Source of the DNA: Caecitellus pseudoparvulus
Taxonomy: Eukaryota; Protista; Bigyra: Bicosoecida
Assembly: GCA_965644315.1 (NCBI GenBank)
Contig: CBFFRQ010000068.1
Span: forward strand, 992,001 to 1,056,000
Direction of reading: 5' to 3'
Length of the DNA stretch: 64,000 bases
The notes beneath the pieces are model-generated. The model was not told the origin of the DNA and did not search any database. It was given only the letters and a program-made list of their open reading frames with translations. The position numbers were made by a program, and so were the translations under genes. How positions within the stretch are numbered: the stretch's first letter is position 1; each line of letters opens with the position of its first letter. Below are positions 1 to 11,159 of this stretch, piece after piece.

Positions 1-1883
1 ACAAGGGGGCAGGAATGTCAGTCGCTGGCAGCACAGCCAGGGCAAGGTCCCCCCCGGATGCAGTCGCCTTGGCTTGCAACTGGCGCAAGCTGCTCTGCAA
101 GCTGCCAGCATCCACGATAACGTCATCACCCCGTGCGGCGTGCTCGCTAGCGACCGTCGGAGCCTCACTTGACACGGGGGAGGGTGGCTGCACGGCCCTC
201 TTCTTGCGAGGAGTTCGCCGCGGAGGCGTGGCCAGGGGCAGCAGGCGGTGGGTCGCCCGCTTCACCCCAGAACTGCGCCCGGTAGAGGCGCTGACACCCC
301 GTGTTGCCTGGGCAGCCCGCAAGATGGTGTGCAGCGCAGAAGGCGGAGCATGTGCATCGAAAGTGATGCGTTCCAAATCAGGGGCCGCTTTCTGCATGGA
401 GTTCCACTTCTGCCAGCACTGGTTGTCGCTGCGCGTGATGCCGTGGCCGCTGAGCACAGACGACACCACCGACCAGCGAGAGAGGCCCTCCGCACGCACG
501 GCAGCTACAAGGTGTAGCACCTCTTCTTTGGACCATGGCTTGGTAACAATGGAGGGATCCAGGACGTTTTGCCAGCGCTCGCGCAGTTGTGGGGCAGTGC
601 GGCCTGGCATGTGCAGCGCCATGGGCACCCACTGCCCAGCCCCATATGCGGCATGCAGGTGCACGAGCATAGCATCTTCCCATGGCGTGAAGGCGAAGCG
701 CTTGATAGCAGGGTCTGTGGTCAGGTGCCACCTGGTTCGAAGCCCAGCCCCAGTCCTGCCGGGCAATGCCAGAGCCATCCAGCCCCACCTGCCTGCGTTG
801 GACAGGTCCCCCTGAATGCCATCTCCGAGCACTTGATCAGGCTGCAGCATCGCACCTGGAAGTGCCAAGGTATCGGGCGGGGCCTCGGCCTGGCGCACAG
901 GCGGAGCGTGAGCCTCATCGTGCGCCACGTACATGTTCAGGTGCTCCTTCGCCGAAGCCAGGAGCTGCTCGTCTTCCTGGGGCTTCCACTGGTGCACAGA
1001 CACTTCATGAGCCTTGGTTGCCCAGCGCTTCAAGCAGTCCATGGGGTGGCGCCCCTCGCCCACGAACGCAGCCACTCGCACCCAGTCGTGCTGCCCGTAG
1101 GTGTCCACGGCCGCCGCCAGCGCCGCCTGCTCTGCCTTTGACCAGGGCTTGCTGGCGGACTTCAGGCCAGGCCGAACTGCCCCAAACCACTGCACCATGC
1201 AGGCTTCTGCATCCATGCGGGGCAAGTGCTTACGTGCAACATCTGACCAGTTCACGTCGCCAGGCCTCAAGCAGGCTGCGGCGACATGCTCAAGGGGGAG
1301 CCCCTGCAAGTCAACGAGCTGCAGGTGAGCAAGAGTATCAATGTCCGGCTCGGGAACGTATCGTGCAATGATGGCATTGGCCATGGCAGTGTCCACCGCC
1401 CCGCCAGCCGTGCAGATGCCAGTTTCTTCGCACACGGCGCTGAGCAAGGTCTTTGAGTCGGCTGCCTGCCACTTGGGAGGTGCCTCGGAATGGGCATGCC
1501 GGCCCTTGTGCCAAGCCTGCCGCTGCAAGGCGTCTACGTTCGACAGTGGGCGTTCACCGTCTGCATCCACGAGGAACTCGCTGCCCACCCAACGACGGTA
1601 GCGTGAGCTGAGAGGCGGATGCTGCATGCGGTGCCGATGCTGAGCAGGCTCATTGGTGTTGAACGTGCCCACGAAATCATCAGGGCGAGACTGCTCCAGC
1701 ACACAAGCGTGGATGTGTCGGCCAACAGTGCTCTGCGAGTGAAAGTGAGCGGGTGGGGCGGCTGCGTATGCCAGCCACTCTGCGGTAATTGGTACGCACA
1801 AGCGCTTCGTCTACCCGGCTCAAGAACGCCTTTACTTGGAGCTGGAGCTGCTGGTTCCGATCGAATGCAGAGGGTAGGGCCAT
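1..1883 (-). CDS. SNAPC4: SNAPC4/SNAP190-like (4R-type) Myb-repeat protein; 3' end runs off the window
   Basis: Missing from the ORF track because there is no stop in the window. Exon 1 1883-1800 (MALPSAFDRNQQLQLQVKAFLSRVDEAL), GT-AG intron 1799-1733, then an open frame with FLVDADGERPLSNVDALQR, KWQAADSKTLLSAV, VNWSDVARKHLPRMDAEACMVQW and tandem Myb repeats (KPWSKAEQAALAAAVDTYGQHDWVRVA, FTPWEDAMLVHLHAAYGAGQW..MPGRTAPQLRERWQNVLDP, KPWSKEE). The order matches SNAPC4. Confidence 0.8.
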
Positions 1884-2436
1884 ATCACTTGAAGGAGCGA
1901 CAGGCACACCTTGCCTTGCGGTTCAGAGCGCTCTTGGGCTCCGCAAGTTTGCTTTGGGATCGAGCTTCACTGAACCTGCGTATGGTTTCCTTCAGGCCAG
2001 GGTGCAGGCGTTGTCCATGGCCCACAGCCACTCCACAGCGGCACAGTCCACATGGACAGCTGGATCCACTTCCTTTTTGAGTGAATGTGGAGATTTGCTC
2101 AAATGTCCGCATTGCTCAACATCTGCCACACTTCCTGAACCCCGTATGCAGTTCCGCTGTGCATGATGAAACATAATACAGTACCATTCGAAGAGGCCAA
2201 CAGCATTTGCCTTGTTGTTGTATGAATGGGGGTAGCTTGCGACCCGCTCTTTGAGCCTGCTACGCCTTCAAGCAAGCCTGCGCAGCTTGAGGAGGCCTGC
2301 CGCCACGCAGCAGCCGCTAGGGTTCACGCCCAGCACCCCGATGAGCTCACGGGCTCCCAACCAGTCACGCCGGGCGCCGCGCCCCCTCCCTTTCCCCGAT
2401 TCATGCTGCTCCTCTGCGCCTGTGGCCGGTGAAGGC

Positions 2437-3198
2437 ATGCCAAGCCTCCAGCACAAAGGCTGGCTGGTTGAGCTGCACCAGCGTGTGGAGGTCGAGAGGA
2501 GAAGAAGGAGAGTGAGAGAGGAGACGCAGCAAGTTCGTGTATTACAGAGCTACACCAGACCCCAGTCTTCGTTGCACGTGCTGCGGGCCCTGCAAAAGCA
2601 GCACGCTGAGGGTGCGGTTTGCGTTGCGGCTCCTGCACTGCACCTGAATCAACAAGAGCCCATGCCGGTGAAGGATAAAGAGAGGAAGTCGGTGCAGAGC
2701 AGTGCGCTTTCTGCACATTCACAGCCCCCACCACTGTGTAGGGTGACGGAGAAGCTCCGGCCTCGCCACAGAGAGGCTCATCAAGGCTTACAAACTGTTG
2801 TACTCGGTAACGGTAGTGCGAGCACTGCCCACGGAACCACCCGTGCCACAACGAGCACCCCCGCAGGAAAGTCGGCAGCCGAGACGAGCGCTCAGAGCCC
2901 TGTGGCAGAGCTAGCCAGCCTCGTCGCGGAAGCGAAGGCGATTGGCAGGGGAGATGTGCCTGTGTCAAAGGCGTGGGTGGCCGCTACTCCCCCTGCGGGG
3001 CCCACACAGCGATCGAAGTCGCTCCACACGGCAGCCAGCACACCCAGCACAGACCCTCGCCCAGAGCAGACAAGTGCACATCGGAACCAGGGTGCTGTTG
3101 CATACCAAGCAGACCATGGCCTGGAGCCCTTGCCACTTGTAGACCCCAGTGCTCTCCTGTCGCGCAGGCTGGGAGACCGGGGCCACCAAGCCCCTTGA
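2437..3198 (+). CDS. Hypothetical protein (short charged helix, low-complexity tail)
   Basis: ORF 2251-3198 with a plausible ATG at 2437 (MPSLQHKGWLVELHQRVEVERRRRR). It fills the gap between two minus-strand genes. No motif recognised. Confidence 0.5.
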   Translation: MPSLQHKGWLVELHQRVEVERRRRRVREETQQVRVLQSYTRPQSSLHVLRALQKQHAEGAVCVAAPALHLNQQEPMPVKDKERKSVQSSALSAHSQPPPLCRVTEKLRPRHREAHQGLQTVVLGNGSASTAHGTTRATTSTPAGKSAAETSAQSPVAELASLVAEAKAIGRGDVPVSKAWVAATPPAGPTQRSKSLHTAASTPSTDPRPEQTSAHRNQGAVAYQADHGLEPLPLVDPSALLSRRLGDRGHQAP

Positions 3199-3239
3199 AT
3201 GGTCAGCAAAGCTTTTCAGTGATGCATTGCAGTGCCTGC

Positions 3240-4121
3240 CTAGGACGACTTGTCGCTGTTCAGCTTGAGGAAAGCTCCACTGGGCAGGTTGGTGGTCGCG
3301 GATGCTGCAATGAGCAGCTGAGCAGCGTAGTACGTGACCATCACGGCCAGTCGGCCGTAGGGCGCTGGCAAGACAGGCTGTGGCAAGAACTTGTTCAAGG
3401 CCAGGACTGAGTCACTGACGACGAAGAGCAGGGCTCCTGCGGCGCCAGTGATGAAGCTTGCAGCTCCCGGACGGGAGTAAGGGGTGGTGTAGTGGCGTGA
3501 GACGGCGCGGAACGCCATGAGGCAAATGACCGTTGCGTATGCGATGACAGGGACCTTCAGATCAGCAGGAATGTGTTCCCACATGTAGCTCACAAGCCCT
3601 GCGCCATACGCTGCCAAGGGGAGGGCGTTGGAGATGGGGGGGAAGGCGTCCATCCAAAACGCCCAAACATACGCCACGTGGCCGACGAAGAAGGACACCA
3701 GACCCAACAAGAAGAAGTCAATGCCCTTGACTCCCTCGGGGGCGCCCGAGTTGCGGTCCTCGAACTCCAGAAATACATCTCCACAACCAGACGCGAGCAA
3801 GCCAGCACACACCAGCCAGGCGTACGAGGTGACTGGCTGAGGCTTCCCCGCAGTCGCTCCATAGGCCACACCGAGGGCCAGCACAATCACAGGCGCTGCC
3901 TTGAATGCTGCGGATTGCTCTGGAGACCTGTGCGGGTGCAATTCAGGCGTATTGGCGTGGTTGAGCTGCTTGCGGGGGAAGCGGACCGCAAGGCAAGCTT
4001 CGCTGGGCCGCCACGCCCGGACGCACAGGGCGGGAAAGAGGTCCGGTTTGAGGATGTACACACAAAATGCAGCCATTACACCGGCAGCAGCCAGGAAGTG
4101 CTGTCCGTTTGAGCCTGCCAT
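3240..4121 (-). CDS. YhhN/TMEM86 family lysoplasmalogenase-like membrane protein
   Basis: Motifs FKAAPV, GLLASGCGDVFLE, FLLGLVSFFVGHVAY, GALLFVVSDSVLALNKF, VMVTYYAAQLLIA. Probable in-frame intron near 3915-4025. Confidence 0.9.
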   Translation of the reverse strand: MAGSNGQHFLAAAGVMAAFCVYILKPDLFPALCVRAWRPSEACLAVRFPRKQLNHANTPELHPHRSPEQSAAFKAAPVIVLALGVAYGATAGKPQPVTSYAWLVCAGLLASGCGDVFLEFEDRNSGAPEGVKGIDFFLLGLVSFFVGHVAYVWAFWMDAFPPISNALPLAAYGAGLVSYMWEHIPADLKVPVIAYATVICLMAFRAVSRHYTTPYSRPGAASFITGAAGALLFVVSDSVLALNKFLPQPVLPAPYGRLAVMVTYYAAQLLIAASATTNLPSGAFLKLNSDKSS

Positions 4122-4418
4122 GGCTGGCGGTGAGGTACTGGCGGAATTTGATGTACAAACTGCACCCAGCGTGCTGTGCGACTGCAGTCGTCGTGGACAG
4201 AATGTGCAGAGATCACAAGAGGAATGTGCATGGGTGGGATAGGAAATTTGTTCTGGCGGGCGTCTGTGCGCCTTTTGTTCGCCCTGCGACTGCCTGGTCA
4301 GCCTCAGATGTGCTCCTGACACGCCGCTTCAAAACTCCTCACGCTTCATGGGTGTGTCTGCGCTCAGCCTGCATAGCCAAGGCTACAACACGAAACAGTG
4401 CACGCTTGCCAAACCACA

Positions 4419-4877
4419 ATGCTGGGCAGTCGGGCGGCACTGCTCTCTGCGTCGAAGGCACTGCAGCTGGTGCAGCTCGTATCCAGCCCCCACATCAGGA
4501 GGTGCAGCAGCGCAACGAGGCAGTTGCCGAAGCTAACCACCGATCAAGTGCTAGCTGAGATGAATTCGTTGAACGACGAAATGGAAAGCCTGTTTGGTGG
4601 TGCACCTCCGCCTGCTGCGACAGAGCAACGAGCGGAAATTGGTTTGCAGCACGAAGCACCTCAGGCTCCAGCGGAGAGCCGCAAGGTCCAGCAGACGCGT
4701 GAGGCTGTCTCAGAGAAGCGAGTGCTCGCTGCCCACGGGACTGGCGGCGAGGCATTGTCACCTGTCAGTTCCGAGGGTGTCTGTGCCCCGCCTCCGGTGG
4801 TGAACGTCACCTACCACATCCACCATCACACACACCACCACCACTACTACAACGGGCAATCAAGCTCAGACAGCTGA
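4419..4877 (+). CDS. Small hypothetical protein with mitochondrial-presequence-like N-terminus and His-rich C-terminus
   Basis: MLGSRAALLSASKALQL..HIRRCSS is R/S/A/L-rich with no acidic residues. It is followed by an acidic helix (EMNSLNDEMESLFGG) and the tail YHIHHHTHHHHYY. Confidence 0.6.
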   Translation: MLGSRAALLSASKALQLVQLVSSPHIRRCSSATRQLPKLTTDQVLAEMNSLNDEMESLFGGAPPPAATEQRAEIGLQHEAPQAPAESRKVQQTREAVSEKRVLAAHGTGGEALSPVSSEGVCAPPPVVNVTYHIHHHTHHHHYYNGQSSSDS

Positions 4878-4905
4878 AGCCACCTGATGTGCATGGATTG
4901 GTTGA

Positions 4906-6075
4906 TTATACCCCTTTAGATTCGGTTTCCTCCTTGATGTCGGTGCACGTTCCCCCCGAACCCGCAGCTGCCGCGCTGCTCGTCTGCTGGAGTTCGGCTC
5001 CCCTGAGCAATGTGGAAGAGTCTTCCATTGCTACTGCCCTTGCACACACACGCGCTTGGTCCGGGTCATCCACCAGTGTGATGTACTCCCGCTTGCTCGG
5101 CAACCCGACTGTGATGGGCGGCAGCAGGGCAGTTGGGCAGGTTCCGCTGTTCAGATCAGGCGCACAAGAGCAGCGCCATCCTCACCGCAGCTCTGGCTCA
5201 TGTGCATGTACTCCGGCTTGAGTTTGCCAGCGTCCGTCAAGAAAACCTTGTCCCCGGGCAACCACTCAGCTGGTGTTGCCACGGGGTGCTTGAACGTGAG
5301 CTGCAGGGCCTTGACTGTGCGGAGCATGTCGGTGAAGCTTCGACCAACAGTCCACGGCATGACGGAAATGAACACGATTTCTTTCAGTGGGTTGATCATA
5401 TATGCCACTCGGGCCGTCAGCGGTTTGCCGTCCTCCCCGCCCAGCTTGTCGTAGTCCATCTGTGGATGGGGCACAAGCGGCGTGCACCAGATCCGGCAGG
5501 AGCGTCCTGGCACAGGCGGGCGCGAACCTTCCAAAGCCTGGATACGGCCCTATCGGAATCATCCACGATGGGGAACTCCAGGCTGCATCTGCTGACGGTC
5601 TGTAGTGGAGTATCAGGGCCGAATCAGTGTGCGCACGTTCATGGAGCGACAGCTGCTGGCCGTACTTCGATGTCCTTCTTCCACTCTTGATGCACACTGA
5701 CAGGGTCGCACGAGCACGCTAGAATCTTGCAGTTTACTCCAGCAAAGTCCGGGACCAGTTTGGACACCTGAAAGGGCGCCTTCACAAGTGGACTAAACAC
5801 GCCAGCTTCCGGCCGGCCACACAAGCTCCTTGAACGCACCTCTCCCAGCTCAGTGGTGCACACAGGCGTGAAGTCAGCTGGGTGCGCAAAGATGACCCCC
5901 CAGCCATCGCCGAAGTACTGTGTTGGGTGGCCGCCAGGCGGGAAGTGCTTGTGCAGGGAGCAGGCTTCCCTCCCCGCGTTTCTGTCGCCCGCCAACGCAC
6001 ATCGTACACATCAAGTTCCCCGGTCGTGCTTTGAACAGTCACATTAGGCAGCACTTCATACAAGTGCAGAGGCAT
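4906..6075 (-). CDS. PRDX6: 1-Cys peroxiredoxin (Prx6 family), multi-exon
   Basis: Exon pieces MPLHLYEVLPNVTVQSTTG, YFGDGWGVIFAHPADFTPVCTTELG (Prx6 PVCTTE motif), LTARVAYMINP..TVGRSFTDMLRTVKALQLT..VATPAEWLPGD and LPSKREYI, separated by GT-AG introns. Confidence 0.92.
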
Positions 6076-6278
6076 GCTTGACAGAGCTGCCTGGCTGTCA
6101 GGCGCACGTGGCGCATGAAAGGGTGGCCTGCGGAGTCACACGTGGGTGGCAGGCTGACGTGGCCCTTGAGAGATGCACTCGCAGTTGTTCTTGGGAACGT
6201 GGACCGAGGTGGATGCCCGCCGATGAAAAATAGGCAAGCTGTTGCAAGCTTGGACTACAGTTGTCATCGCCGTGCATT

Positions 6279-8228
6279 TTATTCGTCAGCTTCCGCCGCT
6301 GCTTTGGCACGCCTCGTCCGGGCTCGGGTGGTCCTGGCGCTGGTCTTGGTGGAGCTTGGCTTCTTGGGCTTCCCTCCCCCCACCGCAGCACCGCCAGTTG
6401 GTCCAAGCATGGACGCGAAAAACTCCTTTGCATCTGCCGTGTCTTTGCCAGAAGCAGCACCCCCAGATGACGATGACTGCTTCGCAGCGCGGCGTGTGGT
6501 GCGCCGAGAGGATTTTGAAGTGCCTCCCGCCGATTCCAAGCCGGGCTTCCCTACTCCCTCGGTTCTTGCCTCTTTATCTTGCTTCTGAGCACCGCCACGA
6601 CCAGCCTTGTGAGGTTTGGTGGGCTTTGGACCAGAGCCTTGAGCTTCCTCCTCTCTCGCTTCCCGTACAATCTTGGCAAGGTCAGCTTCTGCTGCGGAGG
6701 CGGCTTGAGATACAGCCTGAGCGGCCGCTGCAGAGGCTGACCGCTTCGTCTTGCCTGGAACCAGGGCCGGGAATTCCTGGGCCAGGGATTCGGCCCAAGC
6801 CCCAGGCTCTGGTAGAGCGTCCAACGCCACAGCAGCTGAAGACTTCTCTGAAGATGCCACCGCCCTCCCCTTGAACAGCCGCCATCGCAGGCTCACTGAG
6901 GCAGGGGAAGCTGCCAGGAGCTCCGCCATGGCAGCCTGGGCGTCTTCCCCGTGCTGTGGCAATACTGCAGCGAGCGTGGGCAGTTCCCCGTCATCCCCAG
7001 CATACTCAGCGAGAGAGTCGGCGATCAGGGCGTCGCAGTCACATCCAGGTGGCAGGGACACACATCCGTGGGGTTCCAACTTGCACGGAAGAGGCAGGGG
7101 TCCTGACGCCAGACCCGGGATGGCGATGCCACCACCCTGAATGCCAAAGCGCAGCGCCGCTGACATCCTTGACACGATTTGGCCCAGGCAGCCCACACCA
7201 ATGCCTGCCGAGCAAGACGTTGAGACGAGGCCAGCCCCCCAGCTCAGAGCAAGGCGCCGCAACTCAGCAAACAGGGCGTCAGTCTGCCGATCGGAAGGGG
7301 CAGCCTGCTGGGCCTGGGCAGGCGGAATGAAGTGCCCGCCACTCTGGGGCTCCAAGAAGCCAAGTGCATCCATCCGTGTTGGCACCAGTACAACCGGCAT
7401 CCCCACGCTAGCTTGCAGCACCCCGGGTGGCATGCCTGCGTCATCGTCCCTGCTCGTCTGCAACGCTTCCACCAGAGTGATAGGGGTAGTGGATGGCAAG
7501 CCTTCAGCTTCCTTGCTTTCCAGGGCATCTGCAGCACTGGGTTGAGTTCGACCAGCTGCAAGGGCACGGCAGAGCTTCCAAAACCTTGCAGCGTCAGGCA
7601 AGGTCGCCTCGTCCCCCCGTTCTGCGGCGGCAGAGGCTGTCTGCAAGGCCTGGAGCCAAGCCTCAGCCTGCAGCGTCGCAGACCAAGCGTCACCCATGTC
7701 TACACACACCAGTGCAACCGTTTTTCGGGGGTCTGCAGCAATCACTGCGCTTTGCAGCTGTGCCATACTTGCTCGGTCGTCGATGCACCACACATCGAGC
7801 GGCGTAGCTGCAGCGGAGGGGGGGAGGATGAAAGGGTGCTGCACCATCGACAAGGAAGCAGAGAATCAGCTCACCCGTGTCCAATTCACACTCTTGCGAA
7901 GAGGCTTCGGCTCGCAGCTCTTGAGCTGCAAGGTGGCCGGTGGCAACGCCAGTGGCACTTGCGCTGCCGTTGAGCAAGTCTTTCACAGTGTCGACAGGCT
8001 TCCGCTGCCTGGCTGCCACCATGCACCTCAACAGTGAACGTTTTCCACTTCCTACATTGCCTGTGGGTCAGCGCCGCGAGCAGGTGCGCCGGTCCGGACT
8101 CGTGCCAAAGCTACACGACGGCGCTGGCTCCTGATTCCGCACGCACCCAACAGAAGCAGCGAGCCTCCCAAAGGCTTGACAGTGGACGCACTGTCAAGCA
8201 AAGTTTGCCAAGCAGATGAACCCTCCAT
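6279..8228 (-). CDS. DYNC1LI: Cytoplasmic dynein light intermediate chain (DLIC family)
   Basis: Exon 1 MEGSSAWQTLLDSASTVKPLGGSLLLLG, spliced to P-loop GNVGSGKRSLL. Then VCVDMGDAWS, PPGVLQASVGMPVVLVPTRMDA, LRRLALSWGAGLVSTS, LPPGCD and the C-terminal effector helix EFFASML. Confidence 0.82.
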
Positions 8229-8349
8229 AGCTCCCCAGTCGGCGTGGCGTTGCGAGACACGCGCTCAGGAGTAGGGCGAGAGCGAGCAACATGGGGTGTA
8301 TTGTTTGGCCAATAGAGGCTAGTGCGGTTTGCCTGGCGTGCCTGCAGCG

Positions 8350-10988
8350 CTACTCCACAAGCAGGTCGTCCAAGTCTGCATCACCAAAGTCGTCCTCTTT
8401 CGAGCCTGCTGGGGCAGACCCAGACCCTGTCGCCACCGCCTGCTCTTGGGGAGCTGAGAAGCGGTCAGGAGGTGCCGCGTCTCCCGGGCCACCTCCGCGT
8501 GTCGGCGGCCCATCATCCATGGCAGGCGCATAAGAGTCTCCTCCGCGGGCGGGGGGCCCCGGAGAGGCACCGTAGCTTTGGTCCCCACCGTACGCACCAA
8601 AGTCTCCGCTCTGAGAGATGCTGCCTGGCGAGTCCATGCCCGCAGGCTGCAGCATGCTTTGCTGCAGGGTCTGGGCGCGCTCGAGTTTCACAAGCTTGGC
8701 TTCGTACGCGGCGTAGTCCAGCTGCTGCTCTCGGCACAGGGCAACGAGGAAGGTCAGGCACTCGACGTTCTCGGGGAAGCGCTCATGCACACGGCGGTAT
8801 AGGGACAGCGCCTTACCGTACTGTGCCAGGCGGCGGTAGCAGGAGCCTACCATGAGTTGCCACTTGACCTCCTTGGGCTGAATCTCCGCCGCACGCTGGA
8901 AGAAGGTGATGGCCTTTTCGTACAGCTCAGACTTGACGTACCAGATGCCGAGCCACGACACGACGTCCAGGTTGGAAGGCAGGTAGCGGCAGGATTCGTT
9001 CTGGTAGTGGAACGCTTGCGTGTCGTCGCTGTCTTGCGCAAAGATGCCCCCAAGCCGCGCCAACGCTCCGGCATCTGACGGTACACGGGACACGAGCAGC
9101 TGGAAGTACTTGATGGCGGCGGGCAAATTCTGCATGGCCTCGTGCAGGCTAGCGATGTGGTAAATGACCTCGGGGGACGCCGGCACCAGGGTGTGCAGCT
9201 TCTCAAAGGCTTGCAAGGCTTCATGGTACACCATCAGCTGCTTGTTCACGAGGCCGAGGTTGAAGATGGCCTCCACACAATCAGCCTCGACTCCAATGGC
9301 TTCCAAGTACATCTCCTTGGCCTTCTCCAGCTCATCCCGCTCCACGAGGCAGTTCCCCATGTTCACCAGGGCACGGGCGTTGTACCGGTCATGCTTCACT
9401 GCCAGGTCAGCGTACTTCTCTGCCTGCTCCAGGTCACCCTCCAGGAAGTAGAGGAAGCTCAGGTTGGTGGCGGCCTTGGCCTTCAGGTTGGTGTCCTTGC
9501 GCTCGAAGGCCTTCAAATCCTCCACTGCGCGGTCAAACTGCTTGTGCTGCAGGTAGTTCAGTGCCTTGATGATGGACAACTCAGACGCCAGGACGTCGTA
9601 GTCCACCCGCAGACGCTCAACAACCCACTCGTAGCCCCGCTCCCAGTCCCCAGGGTACAGCGACGGCGCGATGAGTTTGGAAGCAGTCATGATGTAATCC
9701 TCTGCCTTGCGCCGCATGGAGCGCAGTTGCTGGGACAGGCCATCCTTGCGACGGGCCAGGACCTCGCTGGACACAGTGTCGTCCAAGCCCAGCGCGTCCT
9801 CGTCATCGTCGTCTTCCCCCATGCCGGGGGGTGGGATCTGCAGGAGCTTGCCGAAAGCAATCTTCATGGTGTCAGTGTCGCCACGGGCGTAGTAGCACAC
9901 CACCAAGTTGAAAGCGGTTTGAAAGTCAGGCGTCGTGGCCATGATGTTTTCGAAGCTGGAGATGGCGTCGGGGTACTGCTGCAGCTTCACGAAGGCGATG
10001 CCGATGTTGCGCATGATGCGCAGCTTCAACTCTTCGTTGGTGGGGGCTACCTGGTCCAGCGCCATGCGGTACATCTTGATCGCGGATGTGAAGTTGCCCT
10101 GCGCGAAGTACACATTGCCCATGTTCACGCGCAGCCGGCCCGCAGTCAGGTACGTCTTGTTCTTCACTATCAACGTGTATGTGTTTAGAGCTTCTTGGTA
10201 CATGCTGTTCATGGCGTAGGCGTTGGCGAGGTTGAAGCAGACGCAGTAGGTGAGGTCCATGTTGATCTGGTCGGCCAACTTGCGAGCCTCCCTGAACTTC
10301 GTCAGCTGGCGCTCCTTGCGCCCGGCTTCCTTGGCGCGCTCCAAGGCCATCACAGGGTCCCCTGCTACTGCGGCCTCTGCAGAGGCTTCCAGCAACGCAT
10401 TCACCTGTGTGAGAGTTTGGCCGTAGGTGTTTGGCAGCCCACAGCGTGGAGCCTGCACGAGACGCACCCGCTTCTCCATCTCCTTCGTCTGTACGACTGC
10501 ACGGTCAACCTCCTTTTCGACCAAAGCTGGAACGTCAGCGGCAGCACTCTGGAAGCCGGCAGCTGCCCGGCCGGCACTCTGTGGAGCGCGATGGTGAGGC
10601 GTGCTCCCTGCCAACATCGCGTAACGCCAAGTGCACGCAACGCACACTGTACCCAGCTGCCTTGACGCTGGTCATGGGGCGTGCACGCCCTCCAGCAGCA
10701 CCAGTTCCTGCACGTGTCCCAGTGGGCATGCGCCCTGTTGCTCTTCCGCCCATCATTGCACTAGGAGGTGGCCTGCGAGAAGGGGGCAGATGCAGGGCGT
10801 TTCTGCATGAAACCCTGCACCTCCTGGGGTCAGGCACGGCGGCCGCACCCTTGCCCACGAATGGGATTCATGGCCCCAGATGGACCAAGAGCCCCTGTTC
10901 CAATTGGCACCCCCATGCTTCCCAGCCCAGCTTCGTCAAGGCCGAAGCCGCCATACAGGTCGGCATCACCACCTGGGCTCAAGGCCAT
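8350..10988 (-). CDS. IFT88: Intraflagellar transport protein 88 (TPR)
   Basis: ALERAKEAGRKER, NMDLTYCVCFNLA, RLRVNMGN..AIKMYRMALDQV, AATNLSFLYFLEGD, DRYNARALVNMGN, EVKWQLMVGSCYRR. 5' exons MALSPGGDADLYGGF and RPMTSVKAAGY are separated by introns. Confidence 0.97.
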
Positions 10989-11159
10989 GTTGCGCTGCCC
11001 CCTCGAAGTGAGGCAAACGGCAGTGCTTCGCGGTGCGGCAAGCCCTCCGTTTCCTGTTTGCGTGCACATTCACGGTCTACTGGCATTTCGTAGTTTGCAT
11101 TGATCAACCACCTGCTTTGGCACCGGGATGAGGGCAGAGCCACGCACACCCTCGGCCAG

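Noticed and set aside
2161-2260. ATGATGA C-box-like motif in an AT-richer spacer (possible snoRNA)
   Set aside because: There is no D box (CTGA) or terminal stem at a suitable distance. More likely divergent promoter sequence.
4906-5055. C-terminal extension on Prx6
   Set aside because: It may include an unrecognised intron and is low-complexity. It cannot be supported without transcripts.
8174-8199. Perfect 11-bp hairpin GCTTGACAGTG-gacg-CACTGTCAAGC
   Set aside because: It lies within DLIC coding exon 1 and is isolated. One such stem is plausible by chance in 64 kb.
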